DNA of 60,960 nt, filler included, from Sphacelaria rigidula (Eukaryota): the NCBI GenBank assembly GCA_964200075.2. It is 2 parts of 2 records of this genome, joined end to end, with 100 filler letters (N's around TTAATTAATTAA, not from the genome) between each part and the next. Parts side by side here need not be neighbours in the genome. Positions count along the whole stretch, not along the records: positions 1 to 30,449 come from CAXNAA020000061.1; 1 more part is not named here. One strand, given 5' to 3'. How positions within the stretch are numbered: position 1 is the stretch's first letter; each line of letters opens with the position of its first letter. A program made the translations under genes and the position numbers. Of the stretch, positions 1 to 12,300 are shown in pieces. The notes below the pieces were generated by a model. The model did not search any database, was not told the DNA's origin, and saw only the letters and a list, made by a program, of their open reading frames with translations.

Positions 1-814
1 AACCCGCCCGCCCTCCTCGCCATGGAACCAGAATGACAAGATAATCATGAAGATAATCCCAACGTCTACAAGATCCCCCCCCCCCCCGCCCCCCCCACCG
101 AAAACCTGGTCAGGCGAGAACCCGGCGTGCTCTGTCCCGGATTGTAGGGGCGGGCCCACTGTTGGGTTGGCGTCGGTTGGGGATGACGCTGTAAAACACG
201 CCACTCACTGCGTAAGCTAGGCAACCAGGTTACCGGGTTTGGTTTTGTGCGCTCGAGTTTTGTTTTGCGGTAACCATGATGGTCGTCGAGCTAGATTATG
301 CTGTGCCGCATGGGAGAACCTCAACTCCGCACAAAGGGGATGATCGTACTATGTAGTGTTCACATGGTGAGACACCCATGAGGCAGTGTATAAGCTGTGG
401 CTGTCTCTGGAAGTGGCGATACCAGAAAAATGAAGCAACCCAGTGGAGGGTATCATGTAAATGCAAGAAAATCAGTAGGCTTTGGGCCGAACAATCTCAG
501 CAGGATGCAGCTCACCCTTCATGCGACTCGCCGAACACACCACGGCGCTTCGCGCTTGGTGATTGATTGCGAGCCTGGTCCGACGAAAATCCAGCGTGCT
601 CCGTCCAGGCTTTGTAGGGATGCGGGGTCAATGGTCAGCATACTATTGCATGCAAGATCATGAGTACACCCCCCCCACCGAAAACCAGGATCAAGAACTG
701 AAAATGCAGTCAGATCAATTCTACCACATCATACGTAAAATCAGCAACGTGTACACACAAATTCTTTGCAGGTGCATTTCGCATGGCTTCCTTCACCTTG
801 ATATGACAACCGAC

Positions 815-1663
815 GTCGGGGGTCCCGGTTGTCGATGAGGATTGGTCCGACGACTGCCAGTGGTTCGAGGCGGCTGCCCCGGTGGTTCTAGCGGAGGGGC
901 GAAGGGTCGATACTACGCTGAGATATGCGCGGCAGCTGCTGCATACGGTGGGATCCCCGGTCGCCACCGGCGCTTCTTTGCCGAGTGAGGCCATATCCAC
1001 GTTAAGAATGTTAGTGTCCACCTTTATCGGCATGGGGAAGTGGGAGGCGGGGGGCGGGGATGTGAGGGGTCGCAGCGAAGTGGTGCAAAACCTACGAGAA
1101 GTCTAACCTTGTACTCGTACAGCCATCACAACTGTTAGAGTGCGTTGTGTCCACCTCAGTTTACTTCCAGTAGCATAAGGTGCACTCTCGGCAATCATTT
1201 TTTTTCGAACTCAAATAACCACGTGTACGGCATGTTGCAAACCGTGGACAAGAAGAACTTGCGTGTGGTCTGCCGCTATCTTGAGGAGATTAGATTCATC
1301 CGCGATGTGTGTAGGTTGAGCAACACGCGCATTTTTCTTAGAATAATCGTTCTCAGCGTAAGCGAGTCATGAATTGGACAATTTTGGAGGCGGTTTTGAG
1401 TTTCTCCGCGATTTGAGTTTTCCAACGTTATGTTCGGAGCAAGTGGGCTTTAAAGATACACTGAATCGTTTGACGCAGAATCGGGTAAGGTCGCTGGCTC
1501 AATATAAAGGGGAATACCTGGGGGGGGGGGGGGGGGGGGAGGTTTCCAAAAAAAAAGGGGGGGGGGTTGGCGAAGCTCCTAACGGACAGCCCCGGCGGGG
1601 AGAAAGTACCCCNNNNNNNNNNGTGGTGGACGCGGGGGAGAGGGGGGGGTGGGGGCGGGGAAG

Positions 1664-1701
<38 letters not shown>

Positions 1702-4700
1702 GGGAAGCTTGCCAAATAGAAGTGGGTGCAGTTCGCGAATCTACCTAGAGTACAGCCCTGACGGCAGATAATGACCCCATCAAGTTCTCAGGGATGCCCT
1801 CATGCACGTTTCTAGGGACGACAGTGTGGGGCAACATTTTCCCGGCATCTCTGTATTCCCGTTAAGATACATGTAAGATATCGCTAGCTAGGGTAGGTTG
1901 CCAACTTTTGATTGGAACCGATCACGTGTTCAAATTCAGTGTTGTTCGGCCGCAAATGCATCACACATCGCCTGACACCCCTTTCTCGCTGAGATTGGCC
2001 GGGGAGGGGATGCGTTGATTTTATTCCCGGGAAATTGGGGCGGAGGAGGGGCAGCGTTCATGAAGTAGTCGGGTAAGGTGGGTATGTTCGAATAGTGCCT
2101 CAAGCGTGTTCATGGGGTCGCCATGTGTATTCAACAGGCCCTGAAGATACATGATGGCCCCTACCTGTAGTCAGGGAGGGCATGAAACAATATCCTCCCC
2201 GGGGTGTCTGCAGACCCGTTGAGGAGCACATAAGGAATCTCTAGTTGGGGTAGGCTGTAGGCTTTCTATTGGCACCTGTTGCGTGCTCAGCTTCAGTGTT
2301 GATCGACCGTAAATGGCTGACATATCGGAGAACACTCCAATTCCCGCTGAGATTGTTCGGGGAGGGGATGCGTTTGTTTTATTCTTGGAACGGGAATGGG
2401 GCCAGGAAGGGGTCTAAAAGGGAGATAGTGGGGTGAGTATGTGTTCATGATACCTCCCGCGTGTGCAGGGGCCTCACCATTCGCGTGTAAATGTAACTGC
2501 CTGTTCGAGTAGCGTAAACGGTAAATAGCACACATCGAGTTTGGGATATATACTTGATTGTTCACATGTTCTATCGAAGCGTCTGGGTGTTTAGGTGCAT
2601 CGTGGTTCGTGTGTAACATGCCAAACGGTAGAAACCACCCTTGTGGAAATGCTATTTTTTGGGGGGGAGGTGTAATGCGTGAGAGGCCCGCGTGCCTAGA
2701 GGACCGCACCGTAGCTCAAAACACCTCAAGATCGACATTATTCAACACCAATCGGGCCAGTATCTGAAGGGACCACGCCCCTGACCCTAACCCCAACCCC
2801 ATCCCCAACACTGACCCTGACCCTAACCATAGGGGTATTCAAACGCCGATGCGGTCCTCTAAGCACGCGGTCCTCTCATGCATTACAGGGGGGCATCCAT
2901 CAAATCCCCGGGTGAGGAACTTGCGCCGTCCTTCATTTTTCACCCTTTAAGCAACCTAAAGGCTCTTTTACACGATCAAATCGTATTGCCATTCGCACGG
3001 TATAGATCAGGACGGTGAATACTCCCCCCCCCCCCCCAACTCACCATACACATCACGCCCCCGCGGCGGCCGTGGTCTCTTTTTCTTCGCGACCATGCGC
3101 CCCACCCAAAGGCTCTTTTACACCACCAAACCGTATTGCCATTCCCACGGTATAGATCAGGACGGTGAATCCCCCCCCCCCCCCCCCTGAATTCACGATA
3201 AACATCAGCCCCCGGGGACGACTGTGTTCTCGTTTCCTGCGCCATCATGCGCCCACACCCAAATCCGACCTCGCCATTGACACGGGATATATCAATTTAG
3301 GATGGATTTGTTTTCGAGGATAAATCTTGGGAACCTTCAGTAGCATCTACAAAGGTTTCGAAAAAAAATCGAAGAAAGACTTGCACTTCTATCATATCCC
3401 TTGCTTACAGGGGATTCTGACAAATAAAAACAGTTTGAAAAGTTTCTTGTATGGGAACGAAAGAAGGTCGACATTGCTCGATGAACACGGAATTTTTCAA
3501 ATTGTGGATGGATTCTTGTGGCGGTGAGCGAGGCCACAAATCACAGCCGGCGAATGCATGCATATTCCCCCCCCAAAAAAAAACCGATACGTGTATAAAG
3601 GTTCCCAAAGTCCATCCTGAAAAAATAAAACACCCGCGAAGCGTAAAATCTCGTCCTCGACCTTGTTTATATTCTATTGTGGGCCATATAACACGGGATC
3701 TTACAAACGGGGGATGGATCTTTTATTGGGGATGAGAAACCCGGAGAATTAAAACCTTCGTATCTGGACCAAATCTTCGGAATATGGTTTCATTTCTTCA
3801 CCTACTGATAGCTATTGACAACTGCTACACGCCATGGAAATTTGGATTTCGATCACCGAAATGTTGGGGTCCTAGGTGAAAAAAATCGGAACCATCTTGG
3901 CATCCGTTCAGACACCCGGAATTCCCCCAAACTGTTTTTTTACCTAGGACCCCAAGATTTCGGTGATCAAAGTCCAAATTTCTGTGGTGTGTAGCAATCG
4001 TCAATAGCTGTCTTTAAGTGAGGAAATAAAACCACATTTCGAAGATGTGGTCCAGATACGAAGATTTTTATTCTCCGGGTTTCTCAACCCCAATAAAAGA
4101 TCCATTCCCAATGTATAAGATTCCGTGTTGTATGCTAAATTCTCGGCTCCAAACAAGTGTTCTCATGTATTAACCCCACAATAGCAAACACGCGGCCTGG
4201 GTTTCTTTCCAGTCCCGATAGCCCTGCTATGATGAATGTACACACATCGTTGTGCTGCCCATATTCAGATGATGGCGTTCATCGGTTATGAATAAAAAAC
4301 AACACACAACGAGGGTCCATGAGAAACTAGTACTTTGTGTTCAAGAAGACGACATTCCGCCTGAGAAACAGGGCTCATTCCAAGGCCGCACGCTATATCC
4401 TATACGATGTGGTGATAAACAGTTACGATTCAGATTCGAAGACTCACTATATTTCCCTGATTGAGACACGGAGCCTTGAATTATTCGCACGTTCCTGAAC
4501 GCACAGGCCACTCCTGTATATCGTATAGCCGCTATCTGCTGATTCGCAGCAGCTATACACACATGCGAGAAGGAGAATCCAACTACTGTCTGCTACAGTA
4601 CAGCATAATGAAACGACAGCCTACGAGAGAGCGTCGTGGTACCCGAAATATTGCTCATCGCGCTCGGACAACGGCGTGCGGCGGTTACACGACGAGACCC

Positions 4701-5522
4701 CATCATACTGTAAATAGTACAGTACAAACAAGTCCGACACTGCACAAGTACGCGACAGCAGTATGAACTACGGTCGAACAGGAAATCACGCGGAAAACTG
4801 TCTGTGAGGTACATGCAGACCTGCATGCAAGAGTACAAAATGCAGTGTGCAGACGCAAATCACGCACGGCAGAGGGAGCCACAAACATGCATACATGCAC
4901 AGACCTTCCGGGTCCAGCTTCTTGGCGGAGCCGACGCTGATTTCATCGGCAGGGTTCCTTCTCCAGCATTGGTCTGGTTCCCCCATCCCAACGGCACTGA
5001 AGTATTGCTCGTTTGCTGGACAGAATGGCGATGAGTGGCCCACCCAAAATCGGAAGGCGCCCTTTGCGTGGCCTTCTGGCGCCTCTCACCATGAGAACGA
5101 TCAGCATTGCCGCCACCACCGTTATCGCCACCACTACTCACGCTTGGATCAAACCAGCGCATGCTTCTTGGGTGTGTCCCGCCATCCCTGACCATCGGAT
5201 AGCCAGCACTACTGCTCGGAGGTGCTATCGGGTGTTGTTCGGCGAGGGGAGGGTACTGCGGTAGAAGCGGCGGTTGCTGCGGTGTCGCGTCGAACGCGGA
5301 GGGCAGGAGGTACTGCCAAGCCGATGGCGGGGGCGGAGGGGGCGTCAGCGGCGTGGTCGAGTACCCCCGGCCCGGCTGGATGAACTGTAGCGGTGGTGGT
5401 GCCGGAGCCGCCACGCCACCGGATAAGGAACGGAGCGGGCCGGCCTGGGGCATGGCGTCCTCGCACACCACCTCGTCCTCCTCATCGCTGTCTACGAGCG
5501 CGAATTCTGACCCGAAGTTCAT
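815..5522 (-). CDS. 5' part of a multi-exon gene: proline-rich N-terminus followed by a Sec23/Sec24-type zinc knuckle (resembles 'circularly permutated Ras protein 1-like'/vWA proteins); continues beyond the window start
   Basis: Exon 1 5522-4905 (MNFGSEFALVDSDEEDEVV...PPRSWTRK|gtctgt). Probable exon ~1744-1519 (poly-Pro, low quality, contains Ns). Exon 1091-~815 encodes VDTNILNVDMASLGKEAPVATGDPTVCSSCRAYLSVVSTL, i.e. the TGDP-x-x-CxxC first half of a Sec23/24 zinc finger. The second CxxC and any vWA domain are not in the window. Confidence 0.6.
2671..2887. mobile_element. Small foldback/MITE-like element with a telomere-like core
   Basis: ~40 bp terminal inverted repeats (TGTAATGCGTGAGAGGCCCGCGTGCCTAGAGGACCGCA ... 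TGCGGTCCTCTAAGCACGCGGTCCTCTCATGCATTACA) around CCCTGA/CCCTAA/CCCCAA hexamers at ~2778-2829. Confidence 0.7.
2959..3260. repeat. Tandem duplication, unit ~150 bp
   Basis: AAGGCTCTTTTACAC...GTATTGCCATT...GGTATAGATCAGGACGGTGAAT-polyC occurs at ~2959 and ~3109. Confidence 0.8.
3690..4129. mobile_element. Foldback non-autonomous DNA element with ~200 bp inverted arms (AACACGGGA... termini)
   Basis: 3690-~3890 is the reverse complement of ~3935-4129. A related partial copy lies at ~3280-3510 and a family member at 60418-60846. Confidence 0.75.
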
Positions 5523-7289
5523 AGTACTTGATGTTGAACGTATCTTTGCTGAGAGCTCACAAACGATGCAAGTGTCAGGTAGCAGTACTGCACGTGTTGA
5601 TGCGGGTAGCAGAAGAAAGGGATGCTGCTGCGAAAGGCTTTCGGTTGTTTTGTGGCCCCAGGGAGTCGAGGCTGGTGTGAACGACCGAAACGGCCGAAGA
5701 GAAGCCAGGAAGGTGATGTAGGGGAGAAACCGTGGGGGTATTATTGCTCTGTATAGACCCTGGTACTCGAAGGCTATGACACTTCACGCTGATCGTTCAA
5801 CCAGGGAGCACGACAACAGTCCTGCCGTAATATACCTCAGAGGGATCAATGAGTAGGTACAGCCTAACACGTGTCACTCGACATTGGAACGACCTGCCGC
5901 AGCCGTTTTTATTCGGTATGACCAATCTCTCGTCAAATTAGGGGTCCACGTATACGATGTACTATTGGGCGTTATTCTACGGTGTGTGTAACATAATAAA
6001 ATACCCCTGCCTTGACGAGCTTTCCGGCGAGGGCTAGCAGAAGTACTAACGGACGGCTTTCGAATCCTGAACAATACCTAACCCGTCCCTCGCATTATGG
6101 ATGTCTCCGATATTGCTAGTCAGAAACTCCGGGGTCATAAAACTATTCCGAAGTGAGGTTTTGTGCGGTTTTTGTTGTGCCAGGAATTCGGATTCTAACC
6201 TTTATTATTTTATTACATAATCGTGAGCAAAATCTTGGTTGAGCTACCCTTGGTTTGATATTTCGAGTTTGGTCTTTCGGAACAACGTGATGTCAGAGCT
6301 TCTCTTACTATACAGAGAAACCATATACTTCGTACATACTTTCGTTCAGTAACTCAGCAGGTCAGAGCTGGAAAATGATCGATGCTAAACGATACCACAA
6401 CTCGCGTCATCGTGGCAGTTCGTACTTTCATATAGGTGCTATAGGAACTAGCACATCGATGAAATTTTAGACCATAGCCACGGAAATGCGCAAGCGAAAA
6501 CCCTTGATTGATCTCTCGAGCTTAGGCTGCTGTCATTGAACAGTACGTGCACTTCCAATAAGTACCTCGTCATAAAACGCATCCAAACTCTCGGAACACT
6601 TTCGATTGCGCCGCAAATTTTGCATGCGCCCATGTGTAGTAGTTGCTCTGCACGAACATGCGAGTAGAGAGGCAACGCGATACACCCGGGGCCGTCGTGT
6701 CCCAGCTAGCAAGGCTATGAGCGAGTCTTGTTCTGGTGCAAGATGGCCGGTGAGAGTCTACCACAGATGTCTGGTAGAGAGCAGACCCCATCACTGCAGA
6801 GCCAGCAGGACATGTAGCTTTCTCGGACCCTCGTTCGGGCGGCCCTTACCTGCGCCGTGTGCGGCGCTGTTTCAAGGGGGGTGGGTTGGATTTGGGTAGC
6901 CCACAATACTGGCTCTGTAACATTGTGCTTCGATCTGGTGCCTCAGACTCTGCTATTGGTCCCGGTACTGCTTAACGGTACGGGTGGTAGACACGATTGG
7001 TGCCTGACGGACCAAGATTCGTACGCTTGCACCTAAGACGTCCCTGGCAGCAGGCGTCTTTTGGATGTGGTTGGAAGGCGTCATGTGTGTCAGAGACGGC
7101 TGGAGGAATCAAGATCCAAAGGCATTGAGTACTTCGCTCTGCTGCTGTCAAATATATATAGGGTACAGGGCGTTTCACATACGATAAACGGCATGCGCAG
7201 AAAGATTGGTCTTTGTAGCATGCCCCCTTTCGTCTGCTGCCCCATGGATTTTTTCAAGATTGTGTTCTGTACGGGCATGTGCTGTAGGG

Positions 7290-9160
7290 CATGCGATTCC
7301 TCACAGAACTCTCAGAAATGTCGGGTACCGGTGTGGCAATCTTACAGAAATCACAGAAAACAGCGTTGTCGTGAGATTGAGAGTAGAGGATACGATCGAG
7401 AGTGAGAAGCGGTCAATTGATTACTAAATCGTTTCAGTTCCGAAATGATCCTCCACAAGGCCCGATACGCTTTCTGTAGAAGCTTGCCACTGAAGCCCTT
7501 GATATCCCAGAGTAGGATATGGACATGTACCTGTAAGCACACGCCAGTGTTACAGGTGAAGAAAAGCACACACGGGGAAAAAAAACTGTTCAAGTTAAAG
7601 CGAATGATAGGACCCACTCTCGATCAACGCTCTACTCTCATTTTCACGAAAACGTTGTTCGAACTTGTCGGGTACGGAATGAGAGGCTTACAGACAACCG
7701 TACCGCACATCGGGTATTTCTTCAAGGGCATACCCGCGCTCCGGGTACGGGTATAAATTCTGTACCGAACTCACAGAACTGTGGGGTAAGATTATGGAAG
7801 GCGTACAGAAACGACAGAAGGTGTCGGGCAGGGTTTGCAGGTTGCACAGAAAATCGTCCCCGCAACCGGGCCCCCGGTAACGGTACGGGAGGCTTACAGA
7901 ACTCACATAACTATCGGGTACCGATGTGAAAGTCTTACAGAAGTCACAGAACTGTCGGGTACAGTAAATACCTGGGAAAACATCACGGGTATACAGAAAA
8001 CCGTACCCTAATGAGAACACAACCTTGTTATCAGCATCCCTGTGATGGGACCTACGTCACTACAGGGGCGACCTACAGATGACAGTTCACGAACACTCTG
8101 AACGGGGTCTACAGAGAAGGACTACACAAATACTCACAGTAGTAGATATGCACGGGATCGTCAACATCTATCGGTTTCACATACTCTCCCAGAGAGTACG
8201 TGAAGGAATTTCCACGGCTGCCCGCTCTCTGGAAGCACTTCGGCACCACGAAATCGTCCATGGCCGTGACAACTTTCGGGGGCAGCTCATACTCTTTGCC
8301 GTGCATATCGATAACGGCGTGGGTTTGATGACCACAACACAACCACCACCAATATCGATGACCTGCGTCTCGCTATCCCCCTCGTGGAGCGGATGAACCG
8401 CCCTCGCTCGGACCACCATCACTCGAGTCTAGGATGATCCATCCTGACGCTCTGCAGTACTGCTCGTGTTTCGTGTTTCATTCAGCAGTACCTCGTAGCT
8501 CGTCAGATTCCAAACTGAAAGAATTCCAAGTTTGAATTTTTATTGGTGTCGTAGTCTTGAATGAAGGAGTAGGGTGGGTTGACTGATGGAAGGTAAAGGT
8601 TCAGGCCATGAGGTTTTGTCTTGATTCAACCTAAATCCATATTTCCCCAAGGCATAGACCGGTGGTTGTGCCTGCAATCGGATGTATCAACAACAGTATA
8701 CCCTTACCCCGGGTAAGGGTATGGAAGACTTACAGAGCTAATAGAACTGTCGTGTACCGGTATGAAAGTCTTTCAGAGATTTCAGAACTTGTCGGATAAG
8801 GTATGAGGGGCTTACAGACAGCCGTACCGCCAATCGGGTTTTCTTTCAAGGGCATACACGCGTTCCGGGTACGAGTATACATTATATACAGAACTCACAG
8901 AGTTGTCCGGTAAGGGCATGGAAGGCGTGCAAAACTAACGGAATTGGTCGGCCAGGGTTGGGAGGTTGCACAGAAACTCAAACCCGCAAACGGGTATCAT
9001 ATCAAGAGCATACCCGTGCCCCCGGTGACGGTACGGGGGGCTTACAGAACTTATACAAATATCGGGTGAGGGTATGAAAGTACAGGACTGTCGGGTGCGG
9101 TAAATATCCGGGAAAAACCCCAGGTATACAGAAAACCGTTCCCTTCAGAACACAACCTTG
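7290..9160. repeat. Two direct copies (~7290/7660-8026 and ~8690-9160) of a dispersed repeat built from ACAGAAC.CACAGAACTGTCGGGTA subunits
   Basis: Both copies are collinear and end in ATACAGAAAACCGT.CCCT...GAACACAACCTTG. Confidence 0.75.
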
Positions 9161-9374
9161 GATATTTTCGCATCCTAACACAGATAAGATGCACCTCTTC
9201 CGGGGCTTCTTCCGTTGGCATGGGTATTGCCGTCATAGTACCAAATGGATCACATGCATCGTTTGATCCATGCATCGAATTGCTTTTGTAAAGATGTTCC
9301 TTTTCATCTACGTACAGCGCTTATAACTCCTCGCTTGCCGCCGGTCCGGTCCACTCGTAACTTCGTTACAGGAC

Positions 9375-12300
9375 ATGGGAAATCTGCAGACCCTTGTCCC
9401 GCTAGCGCGGAAGCAAAGCGCGCAGCAGGCTACGTCCTCGGCACAGCTCCTCCACGCTATTGACTCAGGAGACATCGATATTGTGCGGGCAGTTTTGACA
9501 CAGCCCCCTAAAGGCAAGTCACATAGCCATAAGAGGTGGTATCCCATTTGCAGTTCGGAGGAATGCAGAGTTAACTTCACCTTCACCCCAAGAATCACTG
9601 TTTCTCCACCACCCCCCGCCCACCTTTGTGGTGCAGTACCAGCACCCCAGAAACCGGGCTGGCGAGTATACGCTCCCGCGTTTTCGGCTTCGCGGCGCCG
9701 CACACCACCTTCACCGATACGTGTATCCATCTTTGAGCCTTTCGAGATTTTTCTTCCTGGTTCCTGGGTCAGACTCCGCATTTGAGACAGACAGACCTGA
9801 TGGGTAGTGCTGAAGAACAGCGAGATAATCTGTAAGTATATCGATGTGCATACAGAATATCTCCTTTGATGTGTCTGGTTAGTTGCTTGCTACCTAACAG
9901 CAGAACACTCAAGGTGTACCGTCGTCAGCGATTTAAAAAAGTTATTTCGCGTGCTACCGTACATCCCGGTAAACGTTTGAGAACCACTTCGGGGATCAGG
10001 AGGTACTAGGCGCGCACGCTCCATATTGCGAAACAAAGATCATATCTGCACTCAATATTGAACGACTTACGGACTGACTGGTCCTCGAGGTCCTGCGATT
10101 ACCCAGCCCCAGGTTCTGATCACTGGGTATTTTAGCTCCATTGAAGCAATCGTGGTCTCTCGTGAAAACATGTAAAGATTCATAGGGCGGGAAAATGTGT
10201 TTTTCAGACCAGTATCGGTGGGTAATACCCTCCTGATAAAACGAGGTCCGTACTATGTAGCACCCCGGAACACAAGCAACTTCACGATTGTGTCCTGAGC
10301 ACCATCTGCTTCTGGTCCCACCGTCTGTCGACGCTAGAACTTTCGAGTGGTGTGGAAGAACACTATACGAGAAAATTCACAATGATTCCAAACTATGACA
10401 AGTGCCCAACCGAGCTCTGTATAGCCCGGGGAGGGATGGATCAATCCCGGTCGCTCTCGTGAATAATTTTGCAGACGCTCAATACTTATATTTACCCGTT
10501 CATTGCGCAGAGCCGAAATACATATGTTTTGGACCAGAAGCGGTCAACAACACCCCCATTCAATTCAACGCATGAGTCGTTCAGTATTTAGCGCGACGAT
10601 GATTTTTGTTTCGCATTGCGGAGAGGATGCCTTTTGTCTCCCGATCCCCAAACTCCGGGATCAAACGTTCCCTGGGATGAGAGGTGGCACGCGAAAAACC
10701 ACTGAAAATCGCCGACAACGAAAAGATTACAAAACACCCCTGGTTCAGCTGGAAACTGCTGTGGTGTCTTCGAACTTTTTCACGTACCCTCGCCATTGTG
10801 TGGTATAAAACTCCTCATCGTGCATGTCGAATCTTCTGGTGGTATCGGTTCCTTAGTTCAGTACGGCACGTTCATTTCGTGACCCTTCGCATGCTTGCGC
10901 CATGTAAAATAGCATGCGATGTCGCAAACCGTCTGTTGTGCTATGCTGTTCTGTTCACGACGCATGATAGTCGTGACTGTAGATGCAAACGCTCTTCACT
11001 CTCCGAACTTGCACCGCAACGCGCGCATGCTCTGTTCTTAAAACCGCGGCCTCCCATCACATGTAAATGAGTCGCGCAAGGTTGCATTGTGCTCTCTAGA
11101 TGCGCTCGACCGTCGGCGAAATCAACAGACAACCTGTCTTCATCTCAAGCTCAATATGCGCCTTTTGTCAAAATTGACTCGTGCTACCTTACATATCCCT
11201 TGTAAATCAATCTCCGCCTGAAGTTATTTCGAGTTTCGACGGCGGGAACCAGGCCGTACGCATTCGACAGTAGGCGCACATTTTACTGGCTATTGGTCTA
11301 TTTCGTCATTCTTTCAAAGATAGGGGATGTCGTGGATGGAACACGTGGTGTTCATCCGCTTAAAGCAAATCTGGAAAAATACGAATGCTTTTTTTCCAAA
11401 TGACGTCTTGTTGTCTCAGCTCACAGCTGCGGCAGTGGGTAGATAAGTACCACGAAGCACGAAGTCACCATCACTTCTAGAAGATTGCACCACTTACGTA
11501 TTGCATTCATTGCCTTTGTGTAGTGTATTGAACGGTTTGCTGGGTGCTGATGTCACAGCGAGTGGGTGTGTACACAACTTGACACGAAATTGCCAACCAT
11601 GCATACAACCCCCAGCTCCTCCACGCGTCCGCGGGGCTGACGTTCTCCCATTTCTGGATAATAGAGTGATGGAGACCGGAAAACTCTCACCATGCCTGCG
11701 CCAAAACTTCACCTGGACGTTGTTACTGTAGAGGTGTTAGTAGGAATGAGGCAATCTCGAGAAAACATGCCTCTTTGCTTGTGCGTTGTACTGTCGTCGC
11801 AACCACGCCTTGCCCACTTCGTTGTTCCACATCATAGCATCCCGTTTCGAGAGCGCCTCGGGTTTTAAAATATCTCGGATATACAGTAGAGGACCATTCC
11901 CGGGCGAGTGGTTTGATGGAACAAGACGATTTTTAATCCCCCTTCCGTCCTTGAACAAAGCAGGCATTAGGGGTGCGTTGTTAGAGCCAAGTTTGGACTC
12001 GGTACACAAGATGCGAACGCCCCTCATGGCGGCGGCGGCGACTGGTGACCGCGCGGTGTTCATGGCCATATTAAAAGGAATCCATCGACTGTTCCTCTTG
12101 GGCAAGGTGTTTGGCGATCAAGAATGATCCTTTTGTTCACCCGTAAGAAAACGAGCCGGCTGTTGTTCTGTTCGGAGGTGCAGTTCAATCCAGGTGTACT
12201 GGTTTGGTTAGGAGTCGATGACCTGTTTCGAATAGGACCGATGGGTCCGAGTCGTTATAGCGCTCGATGTTCTTATGCGAATGTGGGCAGGGGCATGTGG

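Noticed and set aside
1500-1730. Poly-Gly/poly-Pro ORFs and G-quadruplex-like tracts
   Set aside because: Low-quality homopolymer sequence adjoining an N gap; the same applies to 30350-30450.
8109-8430. Coding-like fragment (FTYSLGEYVKPIDVDDPVHIYYC), possibly a decayed hAT/BED transposase start
   Set aside because: Frameshifted and short, with no catalytic motifs or clear termini.
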